Below are positions 50,619 through 63,392 of a stretch of 64,000 nucleotides of DNA, in pieces; position 1 is the first letter of the stretch; each line of letters begins with the position of its first letter. The notes beneath the pieces are model-generated. The model did no database searches and was not told the origin of the DNA. It worked only from the letters and a program-made list of their open reading frames with translations. The DNA comes from Lingula anatina (taxonomy: Eukaryota > Animalia > Brachiopoda). The stretch covers positions 11,036,001-11,100,000 of the forward strand of contig CM120649.1 of assembly GCA_051362555.1 (NCBI GenBank), read 5' to 3'. The position numbers were made by a program, and so were the translations under genes.

Positions 50619-53600
50619 AAAAGAAAAAAAGAACAGCAACTTTCTTGCCCCGACCGGTTTCTTTCTTTCTTCAGGGGGTTTTGTTTATTTGTTACTAGGT
50701 GATGTCATAAAGGCTAAAATGTGACGTCTATAACAATGGGTGTTTAATTGTTACTTTTACCAATGCTTTTATCTATTCAATGTAGGTTTATAGGTGGACT
50801 TCCTTAACAACTTGCCAAAAAATATCAATGAAAATTCGATTCTAGTTTCCTTCGATATTACCAACATGTACTCAAACATCCCTCACGATCTGGGCATTGA
50901 GGCAATCAGCTATTGGATAGAAAGATACCCGTCACATATTCCAAAACGTATCCAAAATACCCTCATTATAGAAGGACTTAAGTTCATCTTGACAAACAAT
51001 ACTTTCCACTTCAATGGCAAACATTATCGCCAAAAAATAGGAACTGCAATGGGTACAAAAGTAGCCCCCACTTATACTACACTTGTCTTAGGATACATCG
51101 ATAAAGACCTTTACAAAAGATGCGAAGAACGGTTTGGACTCGAATTTAGGAATCAATTAGAAAACACATGGAAACGTTTCCTTGATGACTGTTTTATAAT
51201 TTGGGACAAAACAGAAAATGAATTGGAAGATTTCAACCTTATCCTCAATAACCTACATCCCTCTTTACAATTTACGATGTATTCAAATTCAACACAACTC
51301 CCATTCCTCGATGTTATGGTAATGAGTGTAAAAGGAAAAATTGAGACAGATGTGTATTACAAAACAACAGACACAAAACAATATCTCCCTTTTAAGTCGT
51401 GTCACCCCAGACACATTAAGCACAACATACCATACAATCTAGCTCGAAGACTATGCACTATTGTCTCAAATGAAACCACATTGAAACAAAGGCTCAAAGA
51501 GCTGGAAGGATTCCTATTAAGGAGACAATACCCAAGACAACTGATGCAAACTGGGATTAAAAAGGCAAAACAGATACCGAAGAACGACCTGAGGACCACC
51601 AAAGACAAAATTAAAAAGGAAGCCATACCGTACATATCAACATATAATACAAAAAATCCGGAAGTACACAATGTCATAACTGGAAACTTACCTTTGGTAA
51701 AACAAGATGACAAAATGAATGAGATACTAACCGAATAGCAGATTATAAAGAGTAAGAGACAAAGTCCATCACTAAAGCAAATTTTAACAAAAGCAAAATT
51801 TGAAAACAATCCCAGGACAAATGTGGAAACCTCAACAGTACGAGTACAGAAATGTGAGGTACCCAAGTGTGGCACCTGTCCACTAATTAAAGAGGGGAGC
51901 CATATAACATTTAAAAATGGACTTACATTTAGAATTAAACACCCATTCACCTGCACTAGCTCAAATTTAATGTATGTATTAACTTGCAGTGGATGCGGTG
52001 AGAACTATATAGGACAAACTGGAGACACTCTCCAACACAGAATGACCGTTCACAGACAACAAATAAGACAACCTAAATATCAGTGCACGTCTGTGAGTGG
52101 GCACATTAGGGAATGCTCTATGAACAAAAACAAGGACTTTACGGTATTCCCATTTTATAAATTCACTAGAGAAACAACCCAAACAGAAAGGGAAATGAAA
52201 GAAAATCTATTCATTAATAAGTATAAACCAACATTGAATAGATAAAAGCATTGGTAAAAGTAACAATTAAACACCCATTGTTAAAGACGTCACATTTTAG
52301 CCTTTATGACATCACCTAGTAACAAATAAACAAAACACCCTGAAGAAAGAAAGAAACCGGTCGGGGCAAGAAAGTTGCTATTCTTTTTTTATTTTTATTA
52401 TATATATAATATTACTCGTACATGAAAAACGTTTTCATTTTTAATTTATATATATATAATTTTTTAGGTGGGGGAGTTCAATGGATGCCCCAGCCTGCCG
52501 TCCCACAAGGCTGTCCACCCGGACTGGAGTATCTGAGCATGATAGACCAGCTTCTGGTTCACCAGCAGGTGGAGATACTGGAGGGTAAGTTAGTGACGTC
52601 ATATCACCCCCCTCCCCCCTCAGCCTTCCACTTTAGTGGATAATTATCCCTCCACACACCTCTCCCACACACAAAAATTTGTCACTGGCGTAAACAAAAT
52701 TTGAATCAGATAAAAACAAACAAAATATCTATCCTTTTGACATATTAGTACTTATTATGGTAAAACCCCGTCTCATATCTTATGTGTCCCCTGTCAATTG
52801 ATAGCCAGTTTTTATCCATGCTTTACTCCCAGCTCCCATTAGCTAAGCGCTACATGTACATGTAAAAATACAGTTAACATTGGTTTTATTCAAAGTCAAA
52901 AACGTTGGACGCAAGAGGCTCGGCACTGCAGTGTACCTGTGATATGATAAAGGAGTTCCCAACCCTGCAACATACACGTTATGATTGCTTTAGGTGTGAC
53001 ACATTGCAACATCCCGCGTACATTGTAATTTAAAGGGTCGCGGAATGGTAGAGGCTAAATAAAACCTCTTCTTAACTACGAGAGATGATGGTTGGTCTGT
53101 TCAGAGACGATTTCTCTTTTTGTAATATTTACATAGAAGGCAGCGTAATAAACTCTGCTGCCATACATTGATTTTGTTTTTTGCTGAGCGTATTGTATAT
53201 ATAGTTAATCGCAAAGCAACTTGACATTGGGAGTGCGTAAGTTATGATAACGATAATTAACTTTTAATTGCCTGACGTGCAGTACGTTTATAGTGTCATG
53301 TTGTTCACAGTAAAATGTTGTTTTTTTTGTTCTAGCCTTCAGTGATTATGAAACCAACAACAAATACGAAATCAAGAACAGCATGGGACAAAGGGTGTAT
53401 TTCGCCGCTGAAGGTGCGCTATCCGGGATGTTGGGGCATGGATAAGGGTGATAAGGGTGGGGGGAGGCTTTATGGGTTTTTTTCAAAGGAATCGTACAAA
53501 ACATTGTCAATAATATCAGTAATATTAGTATATAGCATTTCGTAAGCATATATAAAATATATACAGTGGAAATTAAGCACAATGTGAGGAGGTCACTGAA

Positions 53601-56166
53601 ACACATTATCTAACAAATTCCATCGTTCAGTATATTCTACATATTTTCCATTGCTTATATACATGCATTTTTCCATTTCGAAATAGTTTTTTAGTTTATT
53701 TTGTAGAAATCTAATCTTTTTTTCATTCATTCTTTTTCCATATATATATAATACTTCGTTACCAGTATGAGTATATTAATGGCTGCACAGTTTGTATCGT
53801 TTTTCAAAAACAATATATCTGCTAAAGAAAAATTAATATTCAAGAGTGATCTCTCATGGTTTATTGGAAGAAAAACATAGGGCGGAGAAAGTTCATCTCG
53901 TTTCGCTTGCCATGTCTGCATGCGAGATTGAATCTAACAAGTATAATTGGCAAGTTCAAAATGGGATGTGGAGGATGACGTGCACTATAGCGGGCAATCT
54001 TTTAATAATAATAATAATAACAACAATAATAATTGAAGAATATAAAAATATTTATTTGTAGCATATAATTTTCACTTGTTAAATATATTTATTTTTGATA
54101 ATCATATTTGTTAATTTTTTTCTATTGTATTTACATTTCCCCCTCAGACACGTGTTGCTGTACGCGTAACTGCTGTGGTAAAGAGAGACCGTTTGACATC
54201 CGGATCTTGACCCCCCAAGGTCACGAGGTCATTCACCTGTCACGCCCACTTCGCTGTGATACATGCTGGTTCCCTTGTTGTTTACAGGTACCGCCCTCCT
54301 ACTGTGTTTTTATTTTTATCTTTCTCATTCAAAAAAGCATTTAAATATTTTAATTACCAACTATTCAATGATGGTTCCTTATTTGTTTCGAGATATTGAC
54401 GTTTCACTATTCTGTGCTTCCTGCATTTTCAATTATTTCTTTCTGTTCTTTCTCTATGTATTTGTTAAAGTTCTTTTAAGATTTCGCCCATTCTAATACA
54501 ACTCTTGAAAATACCTGGTATAAGATGAAAAATGGTTGCATTCTTTTCAACCATGAAATTTTCAAGCTATCAATAAACCATTTGACTGAAATCATCCGCA
54601 TACTGCATTATCTTATATTCTTTATTTTTAATTTTAATGCCCTTGACTGTTCTACTTTTTCTAAACATAGCACCCATTATCTCTATGCATAACAAAAATA
54701 AATATGGTGAGATCGGATCCCCCTGTCTACACCCACGATATATTTTTAAAAAAGATGAGGCATTGCCACCCTGAATCACACATACATGTAGCTTAAAATT
54801 AGTAAAAAATATATCAATCCACTTCTTTATATTTTCCCCAAAGTTGAAAAAACTTAAGACCTTTGTAATAAAATTCCAAGATATTGAATCATATGCTTTC
54901 TCAAAATCGACCATCAAAACTAGGCCTGGTACGCTATTTTCATTGCAAACATGTGTGATATCATATAAAAGTCTTGTGTTCTCACCCAAATATCTACCCG
55001 CCATAAAACCCTCTTGATTTTCGTGTATTAATTTAGGGAGAAACGGTTTGATTCTGTTAGCAATTATTTTTCAGCTCTTCTACAACTTTGTGACTATTTT
55101 TGTTGTTTTGTGTTACATAATTGCAACAGTCTAATTCAAAATTTTGGACCAAATCCCAATCTCCACACATAACCAGGAACTCTGATTCGTGTTCTTCGCA
55201 TATTTTATAAACTTTCTTTTTATTTTTTCTTCTAGTGTATCTCCTATTTCAAATTTCAGTCTTTCTCCACCACCATTCTTCAACGTTGCATACACATTAC
55301 AGTTATAATACCATGACCTTTCAACTTCCTCGAACTGTTTCAGTTTATTGATAAGCATCAGATTTTGTTTTGTAATGTCATCATGTAGTCTTATTCCCCA
55401 CTTAATTTCACGCTTCTTTCGCATAATCTGCCGCTTGACCTCTGAGTTACCGAATTTCACAATCACAGGCCTTATCGCCCCTGGTCTTCCTGGCAACCGG
55501 TGAATCCCGAGAATATCCCTGTCATTAATCTCTACTTTCATCTCTAATTTCACCATTTGTTGGAAACCATATCTAAGGTTTTCCTTTTCTTTCTCCTTCA
55601 TTTCTGTTACTCTAATGTTACATTTCCTTGAGTATTGTTCATTGTGGTTTGCTAGCCTCATTGCTTGTTTGAGACTAATATCATTCTTTCCTACCTTTTC
55701 TTCTAGCTGTTTCAGTTGCCTGTCTTTCTCTCTCAGCTTTTCTTTTAAATTGTCATTGTCCATCACGAGACTGTCAGCATAGTCCTGACGCTTACCTGTT
55801 CAATCAAGGTTCTCAGCTGCAACTTTTTCATAAGTTTCGATTATTCGGTCATACTTTTTATTGAACTCATTTTTTATTTTGTCAATTTTCATCTCAACCT
55901 TTGCTCCTGATTCCTGCAATAGCTTTTTAAATTCCTCTCTAGTGCTCTGAACAATACCGTCAATGATACTAGAGACCATTTCTGACAGGTCTTGCTTTTT
56001 TATTGTCTTTGATTTCATTTTTACATGTTACTTAGGCTAGTGAAGAAAAAAAATTGTAACGTACTCGATTCAAAAAAAGGACTGACATCAATGTTATGAA
56101 TGCACCCTGAAAAATCTATATAATAAAATAATTAAATAAATTAAGTAAAATAAGTTTTGACAGACA

Positions 56167-56210
<44 letters not shown>

Positions 56211-59200
56211 AGAAAGTGACGGTAGAGGCTCCAGTAGGCCAAGTCATAGGCTATGTCAAACAATCCTGGAGCGTCTGTGTGCCAAAATTCGCCATTTGCA
56301 ACGCGATGGGCGACACCGTGTTGAGAATTGAGGGCCCCTGCGTCCCTTGCAGCGCCTGTGGTGACGTCATTTTTGACGTAAGTGACAACTTTGCCGTCTC
56401 TCAACTAGTTTATTTTATTTTATTTTTCCTAGTGTGGTTGACAATTATCGTGGTATTTCCATCTCAAGTTGTGCCGGCAAACTTTACAATTCCCTTCTCT
56501 TGAACAGACTGAAAGCTTTCTGTGCAGAAAAGAATGTTCCCATAGCTAACCAGGCTGGATTCAGTGATGGCTACAGTACCTCAAATAATCTATTTATACT
56601 AAAATCCCTGATTACAAAATTCTCAAGGTCAAAAAAAAAAAAACGGTTGTATACATGTTTTGTGGATTTCAGTAAGGCCTTTGACTGTGTCTGGAGGAAT
56701 GGTCTACTTTTCAAACTGCTTAATCTAGATGTAGGTTGAAAATTCTACAATAACATAAAATCGATATACGATAACTCCACCACATGTGTCAAAACTACCC
56801 ACGGACTGACAGATGCTTTCCCAACATTTAGAGGAGTTCAGCAAGGAGATACACTGAGCCCCTTCCTTTTTAATATATACATTGATGCCAAACTTAGACT
56901 TATAGATGAATCCCAAAGCAAAACTCCATCACTTGATGGAAAACCTAGGCCTTTTCTATGCCGACGATTTAGTTTTGTTTTCGGCAAGCGCCTCAGGCCT
57001 TCAGTACAGTTTAAAATGTTTGGAAGAATACTGTGACAGATGGAGGTTATCTGTTAACTTGAAAAAGACAAAAGTTGTTATTTTAATAGTAAGGGAAAAA
57101 TACATGGTCACACTGGTGTTAATACAGAAAATTTTTATTTCAATAATCAGTTGGTACCAGTAGCAACAAGCTACCTTTACCTATGTCTCCTCTTCACAAG
57201 ATCCGGCTCGCTAGCCCCTGCATAACAAAAATTTAAATGACCGAGCACAAAAGGCCTTTTTCAGTCTCAAGCGCAATCTTTCTCTAGCTAGTACCATTCC
57301 CACCTCCTCAAAAGAAAAGCTTTATGACACGTTGCAATGTATGGAGCAGAAATATGGGGGTTCACTTAATTTAATGATAAATCGCCAATAGAAAAAATAC
57401 ATCTTCAATTTTGCAAGCAGCTTTTAGGGGTGCATTCTAAGCTTTGTAATTATGCAGTCCGAGGAGAACTTGGGCGCCTACCATGCTACACATAAATCCA
57501 AATACAAGTAATCAAATACTGGGTCACCGTTTTACACTTAGATGATGGTGTTCTACTAAAACGAGTATACTTAGATGAACTAAAACACTTTGATCTTCTG
57601 TCAAATACTAACCTTCACAACACACGCCATAGTATGTCATGGAGTGAAGGAGTTAAGAAAATTCTTGTAGAAAATGGGTTTGGAGACGTATGGCTCAAAC
57701 AGAAAGTAGACAAAAACTTCATGAAAATTTTTAGTGTAAGACTTAGAGACAGCAGAATACAACTTTGGCATAGTAGGATATCACAAGAAAATCTCAAATT
57801 ACGAAAGTTTAAAACTTTCAAACTTCACTTTGAGAAAGAAAAATATCTTGATATGATACAAGATAAAGAAAAACGTCAAACCCTAACCAAATTCAGAATC
57901 AGCAGCCACAATTTGCACATAGAAACAGGTCGCCACGTCAAGGGTAAACCAACACCAGTCGACGACAGAAAATACCAAATCTGCCACTCTGGAGTTATAG
58001 AGGATGAAGAGCACTTCTTAATTACCTGCCCTCTGTATACAGAACACAGAAAAGAACTCTTTAAAATAATACAAAGCAGCCACACGTGCTTTGCACATTT
58101 AAACAACAAAGATAAATTCCACTTTATAATGAACAATCCAAACGAAACAGTGATACTTTCCTTGGCCAAATTCCTTAACCTTGCTTTTAACAAAAGAAAC
58201 TGTGCTTCATCTTCAACTTCATGATGTCTACCAATAATTACTATAAAAACGAAGATTTTGTTCACTTAGTAAAAACATTGGTACATTTCTATATATGTAA
58301 TTTGGTGCTATTTATCTATGTATTTTATTATTACTACTATCATTATTATTGCTGCTATTACCTTATCTATGTCCATTTTCACCAGCTCAGTCTGGTGCAG
58401 AAAGTCTGAATAAAGCATATATATATATATATATAATTTATTTTGAAATGAAAAAAAAAAAAACATCCGAAGGGCAGTCGGAGCAGATTTTCTTAAATTT
58501 TTTTTTTCATCAATAAATGATATTCAAATACATGTACTTATTAATAGTAAAGGTGTTGAGGATGCCTTGGTTGAAGTTCATGTTCAATGTTTAACATTTT
58601 TAAACAGTTCATATACCAATTATGTCCTGGAAATATTTCATCTTTATTTACTGCTTAATTTGTATCATTTTTCTTTTTTCATTTCTTTTTTTTTCTTTTT
58701 TTAATTTTGAATAATTTTCAATTTTTTTTATTTTTTGTTATTATTTTTTCTATGGAATCACTTAAGAGCCAACACGTGTCATTGTTATTTTTATGCAACC
58801 CCAGGTGAAATCCGCTGACGGTGAACGCCAAGTTGGCCAAGTCTCCAAGCAATGGTCGGGACTTGTAAAGGAGCTGTTTACAGACGCTGACAATTTTGGT
58901 GTTTCATTCCCCATGGATCTGGACGTCAAGATGAAAGCATGCATGCTGGGAGCTGTGTTCCTCATTGTGAGTACGAAAGATGGCGCCAGTGTTGATCATA
59001 GAAGGGTCGTTTGCTCAATGACGTATCCAGAGGAGGCCATGCTAATTTAATTATGAAATAAGGCTTTCCCCTTATCCCCCTGTTGCCATTCCCTGCATAT
59101 AATAGTAGAATTTTTATCTGTTTATCTGTTTATCTGTTTAATGAAAAGCTTTTATATCCTTGCCCCCGCCCCCAATTGGCGAAATCCTGGATCCACCAGC

Positions 59201-59943
59201 TAGACTAAGGGTGCATTCCCAGAGATTTGGATCGATCCAGAGATTTAGATTTAGATCGACCTAACTCCCTGGAGGGTTCACGCTAAATTGCAGTCAGCCG
59301 AGCACGCACCATAGTTAATTACCCCCTTACAGCTTTTAGTAGGCGGGACAGACGCTTAAGCCGGCTAAGCTGACAGTAATCTAGTGAGACTCCCCACCGG
59401 GATAGATCGATCTAAAATCTATGGGAATGGGGTCTAAGCTTTCAGACTAAAATACACATGCCCCCACAGACTAAAATGCGATTCAAAAGTATTTTGGTTA
59501 AATATAGCCTCGACCTTGAGGCATTTTACCCTTCGTTTTTATGCCATAACAAAAATTTGTATTCGTCGATGTTGGAATCAACGGCAAAATAGTTACTTTA
59601 ATTAATAATAGACGGAAGGTGAAAATGTCTTTTAAAACCATAACAACTTCCCCGTCTACGTAACATAGTAACTTTACTTGAGGCGAAGTTATGTTTGTTT
59701 ATTAATTGTAGATTTAATTTTTTTCTTCCTTCTTCTCCTGACTTTTTTTTATCAGAGTCGGATACTACGCTTGCTTTACAACCTTTCTCTGCAAAAACAT
59801 TGCATCGTATTCACCATTTGAAATATCTATCGTTTTTTCTCCCAGTTTTGTCAGTTTAGTTTAAAAGTTAAAACAAGTATCGTCTTTCTTCGTCTTTTTA
59901 CTCTTGCACTTAAACATACAATGAAAATGTTCGAAAGCGTAGG

Positions 59944-59979
<36 letters not shown>

Positions 59980-60052
59980 TGTTTGTTTTTAGGATTTCAT
60001 GTTCTTTGAAAAGGAAAAAAATGAGGAGAAAACACAAATCGGCATGATGTAA
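49787..60052 (+). CDS. PLSCR: Phospholipid scramblase (PLSCR family), 7 coding exons, 257 aa
   Basis: Exons 49787-49838, 52468-52584, 53336-53413, 54148-54287, 56213-56377, 58805-58966, 59993-60052; 774 nt, in frame. Motifs: [110 protein letters not shown]. Confidence 0.95.
50615..52400 (+). mobile_element. Penelope-like retroelement (RT + GIY-YIG), 5'-truncated, with inverted terminal repeats
   Basis: RT motifs [38 protein letters not shown] region [25 protein letters not shown]. One in-frame TAG at 51736. 50615-50792 is the reverse complement of 52222-52400. Sits in a (TA)n tract in scramblase intron 1. Confidence 0.93.
52336..52366 (+). ncRNA. Minimal hammerhead-ribozyme-like core in the Penelope terminal repeat (stem II degenerate)
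   Basis: CCC-TGAAGA-AAGAAA-GAAA-CCGG-TC-GGGG; inverted copy at ~50648-50677. Confidence 0.5.
52468..52584 (+). CDS. PLSCR: Scramblase coding exon 2
   Basis: [34 protein letters not shown]; AG/GT bounded. Confidence 0.93.
53336..53413 (+). CDS. PLSCR: Scramblase coding exon 3
   Basis: [26 protein letters not shown]; not shown in the ORF track. Confidence 0.92.
53505..53850 (-). mobile_element. 3' fragment of the same L1/Tx1 family
   Basis: Colinear with 45048-45106 joined to 46792-47077, and lacks the Tc1 insertion. Confidence 0.8.
54148..54287 (+). CDS. PLSCR: Scramblase coding exon 4
   Basis: [20 protein letters not shown]...[15 protein letters not shown]. Confidence 0.93.
54490..55070 (-). 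mobile_element. L1/Tx1-clade RT fragment
   Basis: [44 protein letters not shown]. Confidence 0.9.
55131..56018 (-). mobile_element. LINE ORF1p-like fragment (coiled coil + RRM-like)
   Basis: Coiled-coil region, then [18 protein letters not shown]...RPVIVKF, LHDDIT; frameshifted at ~55800. Confidence 0.75.
56213..56377 (+). CDS. PLSCR: Scramblase coding exon 5
   Basis: [22 protein letters not shown]...VLRIEGPC...DVIFD. Confidence 0.93.
56427..58415 (+). mobile_element. 5'-truncated CR1/L2-group LINE RT, decayed
   Basis: [75 protein letters not shown]; AATAAA at the 3' end. Confidence 0.88.
58805..58966 (+). CDS. PLSCR: Scramblase coding exon 6
   Basis: [45 protein letters not shown]. Confidence 0.94.
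59209..59434. mobile_element. MITE with TAA flanks (Harbinger/Tourist-like)
   Basis: Imperfect TIR around CATTCCCA.AGATTT..ATCGATC; TAA at 59206 and 59435. Confidence 0.6.
59993..60052 (+). CDS. PLSCR: Scramblase last coding exon
   Basis: [19 protein letters not shown]; candidate AATAAA signals at 60418 and 60514. Confidence 0.9.
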   Translation, partial: DFMFFEKEKNEEKTQIGMM

Positions 60053-62019
60053 GCGGCCTGTCAAGAACCAAATGTTGGCATGGTGCAAACAGCCTGGTTA
60101 TTGCCAAGTCTTCAAGACATATATTTTGAGAGCCAGTGTGACTTAGAAGTTTTCAATTTTAAATTGAAATTTCTTATGTAAATAATGTTAAATATTTTGA
60201 TATGAATCAGGATTTCACAATTTTTTGGACAAAGTCAAAATGGACTGTTTTTAAAATTCATGTATATGTATATGGTGTTTTAAGCGGTTACGGATATTTC
60301 ATATAGAATTACAGACATAAGACAAGGTTGAAATGTTATTTGATAACGTCTGAAAAGTAAAATCAACCGAGTCTGATCTTCAGAAGGTTTGCAAAAACAA
60401 CAAATTGTTCAAAAGCTAATAAATATTATTGGTACATATGCATTTTATATTTTGAGTGTACGTTCCCCAAGGCAACATCGACGTAATCCTACATTGCCGT
60501 GCAGTCTTATTTCAATAAACAATAATAACAGCACTGAATTGTTCCCTCTTCTTTAGTTGGTGAAAAATAATGCCATTGATGTCGCTCGCCAATAATGCGT
60601 TCGATGATGACATCATTGGATAAATTATGTTTTATCCTTATTTGTTATGGATATAAAATTATAATCAGTATTATGCTAATATATGATAGTTTTTACATGA
60701 TGCAAGGAGTGCATGCAAACATGCGGAATACTCGTATGATACTCGTATGATACAGTATATTACCACAGGGCTATAAACCTCCTTTTTCCTCTGTATTTTT
60801 TACAAACATTGAGTTTACATGGTTAAAAAATAATTTTGTGACACCACTTCCGTCCAAACGTTCTAAAGATCAATTACACGACAAATGCTTGAAGAATTTT
60901 ATCTAAATTTTTTAACTGAATATATATTCGCTTTTGAAATTGATACTCGAAAAGGAGAACCTTTTCAGTCGCAAAATTAGCTATTTTTTTTATATAAAGA
61001 AAAGATACAATTAAAAAAAATATATTCCTCGTGTAGGGTGGGATCTTAATGTTTATGTTTGCAAGTAAAATGTTCTTTTTTTTCGGTATTAATTGTGTAT
61101 GGGTCAAGCCTCCAAAAGGTTGTACATGTAGGTGTTCACGGGGGACAAATATCACAGGACATCAATGTGTAGGCATACTATACGTCACTAGCACACATAC
61201 CCAGACGCACAAGCAAATACATGCGCACACACGCACGCAAGCACACGCACACACACACACACAACTGGTGTTGGAGGTGATATTATACAACAAATGATAG
61301 GAAGACGGCATGTATGCACCAGGAGCTGCCATACTTATCAAGAGCTATAAATTTAAAAATTTTAAAAATTCAAAAATTAATACTAATATTGTACTAATAA
61401 TGTTACCCATCCAATCGTAAAGATAAGTTAAATCCATCACTGGACTCAGTAGACCTGAAATTTCCTAAATGGAAACCCTACGTTGTCAGTTATAGAGAAA
61501 TATTAGTGCCAGTAATAGAGTTAAATAACTTATCTTTGCGTACTGGTAAGAGAGGCAATGTTTATGTATAAAGTTATAACAGTCATCAGGGGTGGATCCA
61601 GGATGATATGAAGGGGGGTTCCAGTTTTAGGAATGACAGGACGCGGATGCGAAGCTGACCCTCTGCCCCTCCTGCCCTTTGCGTGGAGTACGCGGCCCGC
61701 TAAAGGACCCCGAAAATTTTTGGTATTTTATATCGCGAACAGTGCCATTTGGTATTGTTTAGAGCTGTGATTCTGCTAGTCAAAATTATTATTTCAAGAG
61801 GGGACCGTTGATGTGATTTTTTTCAGAAATCGGAGGTGGGGTCAGGACCCCTCTGACCCCCCCCCCCCCGTAAATCCGCCACTGGTGATCCTGTAAATTT
61901 GTCCGTGTATGAATGTAAAGGATCAGCTGTTTATTGAAATAATCATATTATTTGATAATAACACTATGTACGTATATTTTTGTATATTTTTGCATTTTAG
62001 CGTTTATGATAAACCGTAA

Positions 62020-62153
62020 GGCTTCATTCACATGCAATGTCTATTTTCAATCAGTAATTACGCGGCGGGATATTCAGGGCACAGACCGTGATCATAAGAT
62101 AGCGCGAATAGAAAATAGAATTTAGAAAATAGACATTGCATGTGAATGAAGCC
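62020..62153. mobile_element. 134 bp Tourist/Harbinger-like MITE
   Basis: 29 bp perfect TIR GGCTTCATTCACATGCAATGTCTATTTTC with TAA duplication; empty site CCGTAACTG at ~20600. Confidence 0.88.
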
Positions 62154-63294
62154 TAAGTGTGTAGCTTCCATTCAATCCTTTACTTCCTAATTCTGGATTT
62201 TTACTTGAAAACAACATGGTTAGCAAGTACCCTCTACCAGGGTGGCAGATATTATAGGGAAAAGGGAAAAAGTCAGAGGTAGTAAAATGACCGTCTATGT
62301 ATCTAAAGATGTATCTGTGAATATCCTGTGAAAAGTCAATCTGTGGCTCTGGTAGAGGGTAGTTAGCAGACTTGTACACAGGAGTTTTCCGCATGCATCA
62401 GCACGTAATAAGCAATGCCCGTTACTAGGTTAAGGGTAAATATATTTAATAAAGTGTTTAACTTATCACAACTAGTCACATCTTTGAATCATTGGTATTG
62501 AGAATTTCATTGATTATCCGATTTCACTTCAAAAGAGAGAGTATATGATTTTTCCAAACCGCCCTCTTGTGACTGTTTTGTTATCTTCTTCAGAAACACA
62601 GCACTCAATGCGTCGCGTCCCTTTCGCATAATATTGGCTTGGGCAATATAAAATTAGGGACAACACCATTCACTTTGACGTAAGGGCTGAATGATTATCA
62701 AAGTGGCGGACATGATATCAAAACGACGGGCTTGCTCGCCTTAATTTCCTAAACCCGTGTATTCCACGATCAATTCCGCTGATAAAAAATGTCCTCTTCA
62801 ACTGCCTTATATCCAAGAGACTTGTAAACGCGCGCGAGTCAGATCAATAACCTGTAAATATCATAGAGATGGTGATTTTGACCGCCACGGCTTGCTTCAT
62901 ACAAATTAAACTCATTGTCTTTGACACCCAGCTTGAATTATAGATCGGATATTGATCCGCTGGTGTTCTCAACAATGTCAGCATCGTTGATAGTTTCCTA
63001 CAGCTTACTTGAAAAGTTTTAATCCACATCCACTCGAAGTTCTATATACATGTACATGTAATTCATTGAGTACTAGTATAGATTTGAATGCGTCTGCGGT
63101 AATAAGCGATACTCTATGTTATTTTAATCCGATTTACGTGTTCAGATCAATTGCTGAGTTGTCCTGCACTATTTAGTCATGCAATTATCTTATATTTGAT
63201 ATGATTGTAAGGATATATGCTGCAAAATTCACAAAATGCTTAATCGGTAAAAAACGCCTGGATTGCCATTTTAGATATGAAATATATTTGAACT

Positions 63295-63392
63295 CCCCCT
63301 GAGCTTCAGAGATAACTTGACACTAACCTCTTCACTATAGCCTATCTTCATCGTGTCAGGTTAGTGTCAAATTATCTCTGAAGCTCAGGGTG
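63295..63392. mobile_element. 98 bp fold-back MITE with 9 bp target duplication (Mutator-like)
   Basis: ATTTGAACT on both sides; ~33 bp inverted arms. Confidence 0.75.

Noticed and set aside
51402-51956. 184 aa minus-strand ORF (also 57876-58265 and 29679-30095)
   Set aside because: Antisense shadows of retroelement ORFs.
53505-56018. One continuous L1 element spanning scramblase exon 4
   Set aside because: The pieces share strand and plausible order, but a conserved host exon lies between them, so separate insertions are more parsimonious.
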